NCBI GenBank assembly: GCA_026224875.1
Contig: JAMFRU010000089.1
Coordinates: forward strand, 50,259 to 114,258
DNA from: Acidocella sp.
GTDB taxonomy: Bacteria; Pseudomonadota; Alphaproteobacteria; Acetobacterales; Acetobacteraceae
Length of the DNA: 64,000 nt
Direction of reading: 5' to 3'
The notes beneath the pieces were generated by a model. The model made no database searches. It was not told the origin of the DNA and saw only the letters and a list, made by a program, of their open reading frames with translations. How positions within the stretch are numbered: the first letter of the stretch is position 1; every line of letters begins with the position of its first letter. Positions 53,126 through 63,097 of the stretch are shown one piece after another. Made by a program: the position numbers and the translations under genes.

Positions 53126-54998
53126 CCCCCAAACCCCCGCTTCACAGCCAGGCGTACACGTTATTGAGACCGCTCTGGAGACCATGCCCGGCAACCCTGG
53201 CGTGTATCGCATGCTCGATGCCAAGGGCGAGGCGCTGTATGTAGGCAAGGCCCGCAACCTCAAAAAACGCGTAACCAACTACACCCAGCTGGCCCGCCTG
53301 CCCGAGCGCCTGCGCCGCATGGTGGCGCTTACGGCGGCTATGGAAATCGTCACCACCCATACGGAAGTTGAGGCTTTGCTGCTGGAAGCAAACCTCATCA
53401 AGCGCCTAAAACCGCGCTACAATATTCTGCTCCGGGACGATAAATCCTTCCCCTGGCTGGTCCTTACCGCCGACCATCCTTACCCGCAGCTGGCAAAGCA
53501 TCGCGGCGCCCAAACGCGCAAGGGTGCCTATTACGGCCCGTTCGCCTCGGCTGGGGCAGTCAACCAAAGCGTGCATACTTTGCAGCGGGTTTTCCTGCTG
53601 CGAACCTGTGCCGATACGGTATTTTCCAACCGCACCCGCCCTTGCCTGCTGTTCCAGATCAAACGTTGCAGCGCACCATGCGTCGGGCGGATTTCGGAGC
53701 CGGATTATGCCGGGCTGGTCGAGCAGGCGAAGTCCTTCCTCTCAGGCAAATCCGGCGTACTGCAAAAAGAGCTGGCCGGCGCCATGCAATCCGCCTCGGA
53801 CAATCTGGATTTCGAGCGCGCGGCGGCCATCCGCGACCGCATAAAAGGCCTCACCCATCTCCAGGGCAGCGAGATCATCAACCCCGCCAGCCTGTCCGAG
53901 GCCGATATCATCGCCGTGCATCAGGAGGCCGGCCAGGCCTGCGTGCAGGTGTTTTTCATCCGTGGCGGGCGCAACTACGGCAACCGCAGTTTTTATCCGG
54001 CCAACACCGCAGGCGACGAGGCAGGCGCGGTGCTTTCTGCCTTCATCGCGCAGTTTTACGATGACAAACCGCCCCCGCCGCTGCTGCTGCTCAACCACAC
54101 CCCGGACGAGTGCGAGCTGCTGGCCGAGGCCCTCTCACTCAAAGCCACCCGCCGCGTGCAAATCCTGGTGCCGCAGCGTGGCGAAAAATACGATGTGGTG
54201 CGCCACGCCGCGACCAACGCGCGCGAGGCGCTGGAGCGCAAACTCGCCGAGACCGCCGGCCAGGGTAAGCTCTTAGCCGCCGCCGGCGAGCTATTCGGCC
54301 TGGCCGAAACGCCAAAACGCATCGAGACCTACGACAACTCCCACATCATGGGCACCAGCGCCTACGGCGTAATGGTGGTCGCGGGCCCGGAAGGTGCGAT
54401 CAAATCCGCCTACCGCAAATTCGCGATTAAGAGCGCCATCACCCCTGGCGACGACTTCGGCATGATGCGCGAAGTACTCCTGCGCCGCTTCGGCCGCAGC
54501 CTGGCCGAAGACCCCGACCGCTCATCCGGCACTTGGCCCGACCTGCTGCTTATAGACGGCGGCGCCGGCCAGCTCTCGGCCGTGCAAGGCATCATGGCCG
54601 AGCTGGGGCTGCACGACATCCCCCTCGTCGCCATCGCCAAAGGCCCGGACCGCAATGCCGGGCGCGAGTGGTTCCACATGGCCGGGCGCGAGGCTTTCCA
54701 GCTGCCGCCGCGCGACCCGGTGCTGTATTTCCTGCAACGCCTGCGGGATGAAGCACATCGCTTCGCCATCACCACCCACCGCGCCGGGCGGGCCAAAAAA
54801 CTTGTTACATCCGAGCTGGACGAGGTTCCCGGCATAGGTGCCGCCCGCAAAAAAGCGCTGCTCCAGCATTTCGGCTCCGCCCGCGAGGTTAAAAACGCTG
54901 GATTGAAGGATTTGGAGGCGGTTGCCGGCATCAACCGCGCCACCGCCCGCGCCGTCTATGCGTTTTTTCATCCGGGCGCACGGTTTGACCAAGAATAA
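53106..54998 (+). CDS. uvrC: Excinuclease ABC subunit C
   Basis: GIY-YIG: [26 protein letters not shown]. The UvrBC and C-terminal HhH regions are present. The track start (TTG 53067) is an alternative. Confidence 0.9.
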   Translation: MDSIVDNPQTPASQPGVHVIETALETMPGNPGVYRMLDAKGEALYVGKARNLKKRVTNYTQLARLPERLRRMVALTAAMEIVTTHTEVEALLLEANLIKRLKPRYNILLRDDKSFPWLVLTADHPYPQLAKHRGAQTRKGAYYGPFASAGAVNQSVHTLQRVFLLRTCADTVFSNRTRPCLLFQIKRCSAPCVGRISEPDYAGLVEQAKSFLSGKSGVLQKELAGAMQSASDNLDFERAAAIRDRIKGLTHLQGSEIINPASLSEADIIAVHQEAGQACVQVFFIRGGRNYGNRSFYPANTAGDEAGAVLSAFIAQFYDDKPPPPLLLLNHTPDECELLAEALSLKATRRVQILVPQRGEKYDVVRHAATNAREALERKLAETAGQGKLLAAAGELFGLAETPKRIETYDNSHIMGTSAYGVMVVAGPEGAIKSAYRKFAIKSAITPGDDFGMMREVLLRRFGRSLAEDPDRSSGTWPDLLLIDGGAGQLSAVQGIMAELGLHDIPLVAIAKGPDRNAGREWFHMAGREAFQLPPRDPVLYFLQRLRDEAHRFAITTHRAGRAKKLVTSELDEVPGIGAARKKALLQHFGSAREVKNAGLKDLEAVAGINRATARAVYAFFHPGARFDQE

Positions 54999-55106
54999 GC
55001 CCTTAAATTGTAAGGTTTTGACGATTATGTGAGGTCGAGCGTTTTGCCTCAATACCGCCATGGTGAGCCTGCTTAAGCGGGGTGGTGTTACATAAGGGAC
55101 TGAATA

Positions 55107-56684
55107 ATGAGCCGTGATATCTGGGCGGAGCTGAAAACGGCGGCGGCGGCAACGCCGGAGCTGAAAACCCTGTTCGCCAACCATCCGGAGCGTTTCAGCG
55201 CCTTCTCCGCCGGTTTCGGCGATTTCAAGCTCGATATCTCCAAAACCAGCCTCACCGCCCCCAGCCTGGCGCTGCTGCTGGAGCTGGCCGAAACCGCCAA
55301 TGTGGCCGCCAAGCGCGACGCCATGTTCCGCGGCGACAAAATCAACATCTCCGAAAACCGCGCCGTGCTGCACACCGCTTTGCGCGCGCCACGCGATGCG
55401 CAAGTGTTTGTCGATGGCGTGAACGTCATCCCCGAAGTGCATGAAGCGCTCGACCGGCTTTACGCCTTCGCCGAGGGCATCCGCTCAGGCGCCATCGCCG
55501 CATCGGACGGGCAACCATTTACGGATGTGGTGAACATCGGCATCGGCGGCTCGGACCTGGGCCCCGTGATGGCAACCCTCGCCCTCACCCCGTATCACGA
55601 CGGCCCCCGCTCACATTTCTGCGCCAATATCGATGCCGCGCATCTAACTGACATTATAAAGCCGCTCGACCCCGCCCGCACTTTGTTCATCATCGCCTCA
55701 AAAACCTTCACCACCACCGAAACCATGACCAACGCCCGCTCCGCCCGGGAATGGATCGTGGGCGCGCTGGGCGAGGACGCGGTGAACGCGCATTTCGCCG
55801 CGGTCTCCTCCGCCGTGGATAAAGCCGCCGCCTTCGGCATTCCGGCCGAACGCACCTTCGGCTTCTGGGACTGGGTCGGCGGGCGCTATTCCGTCTGGTC
55901 AGCCATCGGCCTGCCGGTGATGATCGCCGTGGGGTCCAAAAACTTCCAGGAATTTCTCGCAGGCGGGCACGCGATGGACGAGCATTTCCGCGAGGCCCCG
56001 CTGGAACAGAACCTGCCGGTGCTGTTGGCGCTGGCCGGCATCTGGCACCGCAATATCTGCCTCTACCCCGCCCGCGCCATACTGCCCTACGAGCAGCGCC
56101 TGGCGCGCCTGCCCGCGTACTTGCAGCAGCTAGACATGGAATCCAACGGCAAAAGCCGCGCCCGCGACGGCTCGCCGCATCTCTACCCCTCCACCGGCCC
56201 GCTCGTGTTCGGCGAGCCCGGCACCAACGGCCAGCACGCCTTCTACCAGCTCATCCACCAAGGCACAGACGTCATTCCCTGCGAATTCCTGATCGCCGCA
56301 GAAGGCCATGAGCCCGACATGCGCGAACACCACGAACTGCTCATCGCCAACTGCCTGGCCCAATCCCAGGCCCTGATGGTAGGCCGCACCCTGGAACAAG
56401 CAGACTTCAACCCCCACCGCATCTTCCCCGGCAACCGCCCCAGCATCACACTGGCCTTCCGCAAACTAACCCCCAACACCCTCGGCCGCCTCATCGCCCT
56501 CTACGAACACCGGGTTTTTACGGAGGCCGCCATCTGGGACATCAATGCCTTCGACCAATGGGGCGTGGAGTTAGGTAAGGAACTAGCCACCAAGTTGCTC
56601 CCCGCCGTCCAAGGCAAAACCCACCCCCAAGCGGACGCCTCAACCACCGGCATGCTCGGTTATCTGAGGGGGCTTTTCGGGTAA
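55107..56684 (+). CDS. pgi: Glucose-6-phosphate isomerase
   Basis: [13 protein letters not shown] ... [10 protein letters not shown] ... ESNGK ... [18 protein letters not shown]. Confidence 0.9.
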   Translation: MSRDIWAELKTAAAATPELKTLFANHPERFSAFSAGFGDFKLDISKTSLTAPSLALLLELAETANVAAKRDAMFRGDKINISENRAVLHTALRAPRDAQVFVDGVNVIPEVHEALDRLYAFAEGIRSGAIAASDGQPFTDVVNIGIGGSDLGPVMATLALTPYHDGPRSHFCANIDAAHLTDIIKPLDPARTLFIIASKTFTTTETMTNARSAREWIVGALGEDAVNAHFAAVSSAVDKAAAFGIPAERTFGFWDWVGGRYSVWSAIGLPVMIAVGSKNFQEFLAGGHAMDEHFREAPLEQNLPVLLALAGIWHRNICLYPARAILPYEQRLARLPAYLQQLDMESNGKSRARDGSPHLYPSTGPLVFGEPGTNGQHAFYQLIHQGTDVIPCEFLIAAEGHEPDMREHHELLIANCLAQSQALMVGRTLEQADFNPHRIFPGNRPSITLAFRKLTPNTLGRLIALYEHRVFTEAAIWDINAFDQWGVELGKELATKLLPAVQGKTHPQADASTTGMLGYLRGLFG

Positions 56685-56761
56685 AAAAGGCCAGGGCTCT
56701 GCCCTGGACCCGCCAAGGGCCGAAAGGCCCCAGCGGGTCGAGGGCGGAGCCCCGCCTTTTT
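56683..56761. repeat. 79-nt multi-hairpin element filling the whole pgi / response-regulator intergenic space (candidate bidirectional terminator)
   Basis: AAAAAAGGCCAGGGCTCTGCCCTGG ACCCGCCAAGGGCCGAAAGGCCCCAGCGGGT CGAGGGCGGAGCCCCGCCTTTTT. Its outer ends match the 34127-34158 hairpin. Confidence 0.7.
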
Positions 56762-57149
56762 ATCCCAAAGCCCCACGGATTAGCCCAGCATGCCGGTGGT
56801 GGAGTGCCTCGACGCGGCCGAGGAGGTCGGTGAAGTTGAAGGGTTTTTCGAGGTAGTCGTCGCCGCCGCTTTCCAGGCCTTGCATCCAGGCGCACAGGCC
56901 GCCCAGGCCTGAGAGGATGAGTGCTGGGGTGCGTATGCTGGCGCCGCGCAGGTCTCGGAGCAGATCGGCGCCGTCTATGCCGCCGGGGAGTTGGCGGTCG
57001 AAGATCATGACATCGAAGCGTTGCTGCATGGCAGTTTCCATGCCGGTTTTGCCGTCCGCCGCATGGGTAACGGCGTGATTTGCGTCAGCCATTCCATTAC
57101 GGACCAGCTTTGCGACCTCCTCGTCATCCTCGATCAGCAGGATCCGCAT
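56760..57149 (-). CDS. Response regulator, receiver domain only (OmpR-like linker, no output domain)
   Basis: MRILLIEDDEEV ... DVMIFDRQLPGGIDG ... GGDDYLEKPF. The ORF ends about 10 codons after helix 5. Confidence 0.8.
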   Translation of the reverse strand: MRILLIEDDEEVAKLVRNGMADANHAVTHAADGKTGMETAMQQRFDVMIFDRQLPGGIDGADLLRDLRGASIRTPALILSGLGGLCAWMQGLESGGDDYLEKPFNFTDLLGRVEALHHRHAGLIRGALG

Positions 57150-57297
57150 GTTGCCAACTCCATTTTAGGGCAAAACCAAATATCTGGTACTGGCGCAAAC
57201 GCCTTTCCCCAACCATAATGCGGGGAAAGAAACCGTAACACACAACTCCTATGTGGTTGAATAACCGAAAATTTATATTTGTGGTAATGGAACAGAC

Positions 57298-58026
57298 ATG
57301 ACCGGCTCTACGGACGCATCACACCAGATAGAGACCGGCGCCAAAATTGCTCTCTCGGGGGACGGTCCGGGGGGTGCCGCGGAAAACGCGGAGAGTGCCG
57401 CGCCGAATGTGGCGCTGACGCATTTTGCTTCGCGTGTGGCGCATGATTTCAACAATCTGCTCACCGGCATTCTCGGTAATCTGGAGCTGTTGCAGCTGCG
57501 CGCCGCGCGTAACAACCTGCCGGGGCTGGATAGTTACCTGGACGGCGCCAACAGTGCGGGCACCCGCGCGGTGGCGTTCGCCTCGCGGTTGATGACCTAT
57601 TCCGGCAGAGGCGCCAGCCCGGCCAGCCTGGTGATTGTGGATAAAACCCTCGCCCGTTTTGCGGACCGCGCCGCGTGCAGCCTCGCCGCCGGGGATGCCG
57701 CCGTGTATTGCGACCCGGCCCAATTGGAGTTGGCCGTGGCCGAGCTGGTGGCCAACGCCAAGGCCGCGGGCAGCACTGTCTCCATAAGCTCTGCCGTGGC
57801 GGGGCAGACCATCACCATCATTGTGCGCGACACCGGGCATGGCATGGAGCCCGATATCCTGGCCCGCGCCCGCGAACCGTTCTTCACCACCGCCACCAAC
57901 GGCACCGGCCGGGGCCTGGGCCTACCAATCGTGGCGCGGGTGCTGCGCGACCTCAACGGCGATATGGACATCACCGCGCAAGAGGGTGCGGGCTGCACGG
58001 TTACGCTAAGTTTTCCGGCTGTTTAG
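57298..58026 (+). CDS. Cytoplasmic histidine kinase without recognisable sensor domain
   Basis: H-box FASRVAHDFNNLLTGILGNLELL. The ATPase region has N (ELVANA), G1 (VRDTGHGM) and G2 (GTGRGLGL) boxes. There are only about 45 residues before the H-box and no TM segment. Confidence 0.8.
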   Translation: MTGSTDASHQIETGAKIALSGDGPGGAAENAESAAPNVALTHFASRVAHDFNNLLTGILGNLELLQLRAARNNLPGLDSYLDGANSAGTRAVAFASRLMTYSGRGASPASLVIVDKTLARFADRAACSLAAGDAAVYCDPAQLELAVAELVANAKAAGSTVSISSAVAGQTITIIVRDTGHGMEPDILARAREPFFTTATNGTGRGLGLPIVARVLRDLNGDMDITAQEGAGCTVTLSFPAV

Positions 58027-58034
58027 GTAAAATA

Positions 58035-58109
58035 TGGCTGGGACGGGAGGATTCGAACCTCCGCATGGTGGAATCAAAATCCACTGCCTTACCGCTTGGC
58101 GACGTCCCA
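58035..58109 (-). tRNA. tRNA-Gln (anticodon UUG)
   Basis: The reverse complement TGGGACGTCGCCAAGCGGTAAGGCAGTGGATTTTGATTCCACCATGCGGAGGTTCGAATCCTCCCGTCCCAGCCA folds by eye into a cloverleaf. It has a U1-A72 pair, a GGTTCGAATCC T-arm, the loop TT-TTG-AT, and an encoded CCA. Confidence 0.9.
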
Positions 58110-58160
58110 ATATGCGCTGGCCCAAAAGAGCGGGCCAATGCGCGCGGGCTCTCATAAGCG

Positions 58161-59018
58161 TTATGGTAGCGGCTGGTAAAGCCCCCCGCCCCAGCTCCAC
58201 CAGCCGGGATGCCTGATTTGTTCTGCCGCCGCTTGTGCCGCCGCCGGGTTTTCAAAAATGGCGAAGCAGGTGGCGCCCGAGCCGCTCATTCGCGCCAGTT
58301 TTGCGCCGGGCAACGCTTCGAGTGTCCTCAGCACTTCACCGATCACCGGCGCGATGGCGATGGCAGCGTCCTGGAGATCATTGGTGCAGGTGGTCAAATC
58401 CGCGACCATGGTATCTACATCGGCCCAGACTTCGGGCAAGTCCGGCGCGAGTGAGAACTCGCCCTGCCGGGCACGGAACACGGCAGGCGTGGGCACGGCG
58501 ACGCCCGGATTCACCAGCACCATGCCGAAATCCGGCAAAGCCGGGGCCGGGGCCAGAACCTCGCCAATCCCCTGCATCCGCGCTGGGCGGGAGGCGAGGC
58601 ACACCGGCACATCCGCTCCCAACCCCAAGGCCAAAGCCGGCAGATCCGCGCCTTCAACGCCCCAAAGCGCGGATAACACATGCAGCGCCGCCGCCGCATC
58701 GGCCGAACCGCCGCCGATGCCCGAAGCCACCGGCAAATTCTTTTCCAATGTCAGCGCAGCACCCCGCCCTGGCGCCAGTGCCCGCCCGGCTCGCAGTAGC
58801 AGATTATCCGCCTCGCCCTGCAGCACCGCGCCGAACCGCCCGGATATCGCCAGCGTCAGCGTCTCGGCCGGGCTTGCGGCCACCGCATCGCCCACATCGG
58901 GAAACACCGCCAGGCTGTCGAGCAGGTGATACCCATCCGCGCGCTTGCCCGTAACGTGCAGGTACAAATTCACCTTGGCCGGCGCAAAACGCGTGAAAAT
59001 CCCCTTTGGCAAGCTCAC
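58161..59018 (-). CDS. ispE: 4-(cytidine 5'-diphospho)-2-C-methyl-D-erythritol kinase
   Basis: [21 protein letters not shown] ... [15 protein letters not shown] (GHMP motif). The likely GTG start at 59018 overlaps the upstream stop (GTGA). The track start at 59105 lies inside the upstream gene. Confidence 0.85.
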   Translation of the reverse strand: MSLPKGIFTRFAPAKVNLYLHVTGKRADGYHLLDSLAVFPDVGDAVAASPAETLTLAISGRFGAVLQGEADNLLLRAGRALAPGRGAALTLEKNLPVASGIGGGSADAAAALHVLSALWGVEGADLPALALGLGADVPVCLASRPARMQGIGEVLAPAPALPDFGMVLVNPGVAVPTPAVFRARQGEFSLAPDLPEVWADVDTMVADLTTCTNDLQDAAIAIAPVIGEVLRTLEALPGAKLARMSGSGATCFAIFENPAAAQAAAEQIRHPGWWSWGGGLYQPLP

Positions 59019-60709
59019 TGGGCCGCCCCAAAATGCTCCGCGACCTTGGCTTCCAGCGCCGCCTTCAACTTCGCATCCGGGTGCAGCGTGAGCGCCCTCT
59101 GCCATTGATACGCCGCCTGCAACGGCCGCCCCGCCTGCCAGAACGCATCGCCAAGGTGGCCGTTCACCTCGGCATCATCGGCGTCAAGCTGCACCGCCTG
59201 GGTCAGCAGCGCGATCGCCTTGGTGGTATTGCCGGACTTCATCTCGACATAGCCCAGCGAGTCGATCACCGCCCCGTCATTCGGGTCCAAAGCCACGGCC
59301 TTGGTCAGCATCGCCTTGGCCTGGGGCAGGTTTTCGCCATGCTGTGCCCAGCTATAGGCCAAATAGTTCAGCACATAAGGCTGGCTGGGCGAGAGTTTCA
59401 GCGCCATCCGCATATCGGGCTCGGCAGCAGTCCAGTCGCCGTTCTGGTCCTCGCAAATGCCGCGGTCAAAATACAGCGTCCAGGCAGCCGCCGGCGGGTT
59501 GGGGCCGAGCGTTGCAATCGCCTGGGTGTAATAGGGGATAGCGTCGGTAAACCGGCTGCCCTGGCGCAAAACATCGCCGAGGTTGGCGAGCAGGGCCGGG
59601 TCGTTCGGCGTGGTGGCGAGCAGGCCTTTCAGCAACGCCGCCGCCTCATCGGTACGGCCCAGGGCTGCCAGCAGATTGGCCTCCTGCACCGCCGCCGGGG
59701 CGTAGAGCGGGTCGGATTTCTGCACCGGTGCCAAGGTGTCCAGCGCGTTCTGCATCTGCACCGGGGTGGGTGTGGCAGCCGGATTGTCCGCACCTGTCTG
59801 CGTATCGGCCAGCAGCAGCCGGGCGGCGGTTAAATCCGGCCGCAGGTTCAGCGAGAAGCGCAGAAACGCAATGCGCAGCAATGCCGCCTGCGGCTGGGTG
59901 AGCGAGCCGGCCAGGGTGAGGTAAGCCTCGGCCAGCCCCTGGGTGGCGGTGCTCACCACGGGCGTGTTCAGCTGCATCTGCAGCGCCGGCAGCGCAATGG
60001 CGAGGTCCGGATGGGCCTCAACCAGCGCTGAAAGCTCCGCCATGGCCGCACCATTTTGCCCCTGGCGCGTCGCCCAGCTGGCGAGAATCTGCGCCATCCG
60101 CAAATTGGGCTGGCTGCCGTCGATGGCGCCGTAGAGCTGTGCGGCATTATGTGTGTCGCCGGAGGCATCGGCGATCATGGCACCATTGAGCACGTATACG
60201 GAGCCGAAATTGCGGTCGTTGAAATACGGCCCGAGCCCGTTCAGCGCCACCTGCTCATTGCCCTGGCCGAACTGCGCCCAGGCGACCAGCAGCGGCTTGA
60301 TCAACCCGGTGAGATCATCCTGCGGCAGGGAAGAGAAATCCTGCAGCGCCTGGCCGAAATCGCCGGACATGGCGGCATGGTTGCCGAGCAGCATCACCGC
60401 CAACGGGTTATGGGGCTGGCGCGCGGCCAAAGTGGTGGCGATGGAGGTGCCCGAGAGCGTGCCGGCCATAAAACCTTCGGAGATCAGCGCCGGGTTATCG
60501 GGCTGGGAGCGCAGCGCGATGGCATAATATTTCGCGGCCATGGCCGGGTTGCCGGTATCATCCGCGTAACGCGCGGCGAGGTAGGCGCCATAGGCGGGAT
60601 CGGGCTTGCTGGGCCCGCCGGTTATGCCCAATGGCCCGGCGGCACAGGCGGAGAGCAGGATGCACAGAGCGGCAGCGCCACGGCGCCCGGGCAGCGGAAT
60701 AAGCTTCAT
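59015..60709 (-). CDS. TPR-repeat lipoprotein
   Basis: The likely start is [22 protein letters not shown] (lipobox LSAC). Multiple TPR-like repeats are present, and the position upstream of ispE is conserved. Confidence 0.75.
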   Translation of the reverse strand: MKLIPLPGRRGAAALCILLSACAAGPLGITGGPSKPDPAYGAYLAARYADDTGNPAMAAKYYAIALRSQPDNPALISEGFMAGTLSGTSIATTLAARQPHNPLAVMLLGNHAAMSGDFGQALQDFSSLPQDDLTGLIKPLLVAWAQFGQGNEQVALNGLGPYFNDRNFGSVYVLNGAMIADASGDTHNAAQLYGAIDGSQPNLRMAQILASWATRQGQNGAAMAELSALVEAHPDLAIALPALQMQLNTPVVSTATQGLAEAYLTLAGSLTQPQAALLRIAFLRFSLNLRPDLTAARLLLADTQTGADNPAATPTPVQMQNALDTLAPVQKSDPLYAPAAVQEANLLAALGRTDEAAALLKGLLATTPNDPALLANLGDVLRQGSRFTDAIPYYTQAIATLGPNPPAAAWTLYFDRGICEDQNGDWTAAEPDMRMALKLSPSQPYVLNYLAYSWAQHGENLPQAKAMLTKAVALDPNDGAVIDSLGYVEMKSGNTTKAIALLTQAVQLDADDAEVNGHLGDAFWQAGRPLQAAYQWQRALTLHPDAKLKAALEAKVAEHFGAAQ

Positions 60710-60791
60710 ACCCAAGCTGTAGCAGCGGCTTCCGCCCGCTGGCAAAACCCGGTGCCCGCGGCCCCGCTATTACTGTCCCGGCGCCACCCCC

Positions 60792-60869
60792 GTCATTCCC
60801 GGATAAGCGGGAATCTCTAACGCCCATGGCCGTGGGAGCCAGAGATCCTTAAGCTTGCGCGGGGATGAC
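60792..60869. repeat. 78-nt palindromic GTCAT...ATGAC element (copy B, same family as 45759-45834)
   Basis: GTCATTCCCGGATAAGCGGGAATCTC...GAGATCCTTAAGCTTGCGCGGGGATGAC. It shares its termini and the central CCATGG/TGGGAG core with copy A. Confidence 0.8.
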
Positions 60870-60955
60870 GGGGTGGCGCGTTTGGCAGCCGCACTATCAG
60901 GCCGAATTTGTAACCGTGCTTGTGGCAGAACCGGCGTTGCGATAGCCTCGGCCGC

Positions 60956-61360
60956 ATGGCGCAAGCGTTCGAGGCCGTTACCCAAGACATCACCGTGCGC
61001 GTCCAGGTGTTTTACCTGGCGGAGCAATCAGCGCCCGAGTCCGGCGATTATAAATGGGCCTATCAGGTCACCATCATAAACGCCGGCCATGGCACGGTGC
61101 AGCTGCTGCGCCGCAGCTGGCACATCACCGATGCGCGGGGGCAAGTGCAGCATGTGCACGGCGAAGGGGTAATCGGCCAGCAGCCGGTGCTGCGCCCAGG
61201 CGAGCGATATGAATATACCTCCGGCACCCCGCTGGGCACGTCCTCGGGCTTCATGACCGGCCAGTACCACATGCAGACACTCCCCGGCGGCGATGCGTTC
61301 GACATCGACATCCCAGCCTTCAGCCTGGACAGCCCGTTCCAGAACACCAGTTTGCATTAG
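60956..61360 (+). CDS. apaG: ApaG (DUF525) protein
   Basis: ITVRVQVFYLAEQSAPESGDYKWAYQVTIINAGHGTVQLLRRSWHITDARG ... GEGVIGQQP ... YTSGTPL. Confidence 0.85.
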   Translation: MAQAFEAVTQDITVRVQVFYLAEQSAPESGDYKWAYQVTIINAGHGTVQLLRRSWHITDARGQVQHVHGEGVIGQQPVLRPGERYEYTSGTPLGTSSGFMTGQYHMQTLPGGDAFDIDIPAFSLDSPFQNTSLH

Positions 61361-61375
61361 AATCCGCCCCCCTGC

Positions 61376-61454
61376 GTCATTGCGAGCGCAGCGTGGCAAT
61401 CCATCTCCGGGACGCGGCACGAAAGATGGATTGCCACGCTGCGCTCGCAATGAC
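61376..61454. repeat. 79-nt element with perfect 31-bp inverted repeat arms (GTCATTGCGAGCGCAGCGTGGCAATCCATCT) and a 17-nt loop
   Basis: Read directly from the sequence. It begins 16 nt after the apaG stop. Confidence 0.9.
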
Positions 61455-61611
61455 GGCCCAAAACCCATCGCCGCCACGGATTCCCCGCTCCCGGCCATCG
61501 TTTTTCGCGGATCACGAATACCCTTGCGAATAACTGGGTTGCGGGATCAGCCCCTTGGTCATATTTGTACCCTTGGGTTCTGTTGGCCCGAAGGTATAGG
61601 GAGAAGCCTCG

Positions 61612-62277
61612 TTGAATATTCACACACCAGCCGGGAAGCTCACCAAGGCCGGCACAAAAAAATCCGCCGCCAAATCCGCGGCTGAAAAGAAGCCGAGCCG
61701 GGCTGATGCCGAAGCCGCCATCCGCGTGCTGCTGCGCTGGGCCGGGGACGACCCAGACCGCGAAGGCCTGCGCGACACCCCTGCCCGCGTCGCCCGCTCC
61801 TACGAGGAATTCTTCAAGGGTTACGACGAAGACCCCGAGGCACTGCTGGCCCGTACCTTCGAGGAAACCGAGGGCTATGACGAGATGGTCGTGCTGCGCG
61901 ACATCCGCCTGGAGAGCCATTGCGAGCATCACATGGTGCCCATCATCGGCCGCGTGCATGTGGCGTATATGCCGGGCACGCGCGTCGTCGGCATTTCCAA
62001 ACTGGCCCGTGTGGTGGACGCCTATGCCCGCCGCTTCCAGATTCAGGAAAAATTGACCGCGCAGATCGCCAACACCATTCAGGACGTGTTGCAGCCGCGC
62101 GGCGTGGCCGTGGTCATCGAGGCCAACCACCAGTGCATGTCCACCCGCGGCGTACACAAGCCGGGCGCCTCCATGGTCACCAGCCGCATGCTCGGCGCCT
62201 TCCGCGACGACCCCTCCACGCGCAAGGAGTTTTTATCCATGATCTCGCCGCGCTCTTGCAGCACGGTCGAGGCGTAA
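61612..62277 (+). CDS. folE: GTP cyclohydrolase I
   Basis: [18 protein letters not shown] ... [20 protein letters not shown] ... QERLT-type motif (QEKLTAQI). The start codon is TTG. Confidence 0.9.
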   Translation: MNIHTPAGKLTKAGTKKSAAKSAAEKKPSRADAEAAIRVLLRWAGDDPDREGLRDTPARVARSYEEFFKGYDEDPEALLARTFEETEGYDEMVVLRDIRLESHCEHHMVPIIGRVHVAYMPGTRVVGISKLARVVDAYARRFQIQEKLTAQIANTIQDVLQPRGVAVVIEANHQCMSTRGVHKPGASMVTSRMLGAFRDDPSTRKEFLSMISPRSCSTVEA

Positions 62278-62343
62278 GCTCTCTTTCCCGCGCTGGGCGA
62301 GTGCCTGTTGATTTGATAGGTACTCGTCCTGCCGGCACCGGCC

Positions 62344-62847
62344 CTACCGGGGGGCGCCATCGCCCAACGAGAGTGAAAGCCGTTCGAAAGCCGGCTGAAA
62401 ACCAATCGCTTTATAGAATGCGATAGCGCTTGTGTTGAACGACCAGGCGGACAGCTCCAAGCTAAAGATGCCATGGCTCTCGGCCCAGGCACGGGAGGCT
62501 GCCATCAAGGATCGTGCAACGCCACGGTGGCGCATCTCTGGTCTAATAATGAGGTTGTCCACCTCCACGAAGCTTCGTGCATCCCGAACGACGCAATCCG
62601 CGACCGATTTTTTAATGAGTATGACCAGGCCGGCGAGGCCTTTGCTTGCATGATCCGCAACGAGAATGGCGCTATCCGGTCCGGCGATGAGTGACTCGAT
62701 GACAGCAACCTCTCTTGTGGCGCCCCGGGGTTTTCTGAACACATCCGGGCGGCCGAGAATATGAACACGGTCAAGCTCGGCGATGAGCGCGCATAGCGCC
62801 TCGAACTCTGTGGGTTGGGCGTGGCGAATATTAATCCGGCTATCCAT
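62344..62847 (-). CDS. GNAT family N-acetyltransferase
   Basis: The acetyl-CoA motif IRPEMRHRGVARSLM (Q/R-x-x-G-x-G/A) is present. The likely start is MDSRINIRHA. GC is locally lower. Confidence 0.75.
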   Translation of the reverse strand: MDSRINIRHAQPTEFEALCALIAELDRVHILGRPDVFRKPRGATREVAVIESLIAGPDSAILVADHASKGLAGLVILIKKSVADCVVRDARSFVEVDNLIIRPEMRHRGVARSLMAASRAWAESHGIFSLELSAWSFNTSAIAFYKAIGFQPAFERLSLSLGDGAPR

Positions 62848-63097
62848 TTGGCGGTCCTTTTTAAGGCCACCCGGACCGGGTTTTACAGGAAGCAACCGGC
62901 CTAAGGCGGCTGCTTCACTGACATAGTCATGGCGCCGCTATGTAAGCAGCGTATAAAAATCCCGCGAGGAGAGATGCATGACCATTACTGCAACGTATCC
63001 ACCTGTCATGCCCTGGTCAATGCATGGCCTCCTTACGGCGCCCCTCTGGCTTCCGGCCGCCATAAGCAGTATCCGCCCGATGGAACAGGAGCCGTAA

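Noticed and set aside
56760-58109. tRNA-Gln as the integration site of a small island carrying the two-component pair.
   Set aside because: I found no direct repeat of the tRNA 3' end near 56680-56770, no integrase, and no compositional shift relative to neighbouring core genes.
62344-63097. The GNAT acetyltransferase as the toxin of a GNAT/RHH toxin-antitoxin pair.
   Set aside because: There is no plausible small antitoxin ORF immediately upstream on the same strand. The only candidate (62938-63192 minus) overlaps the ctaA start and has no ribbon-helix-helix character.
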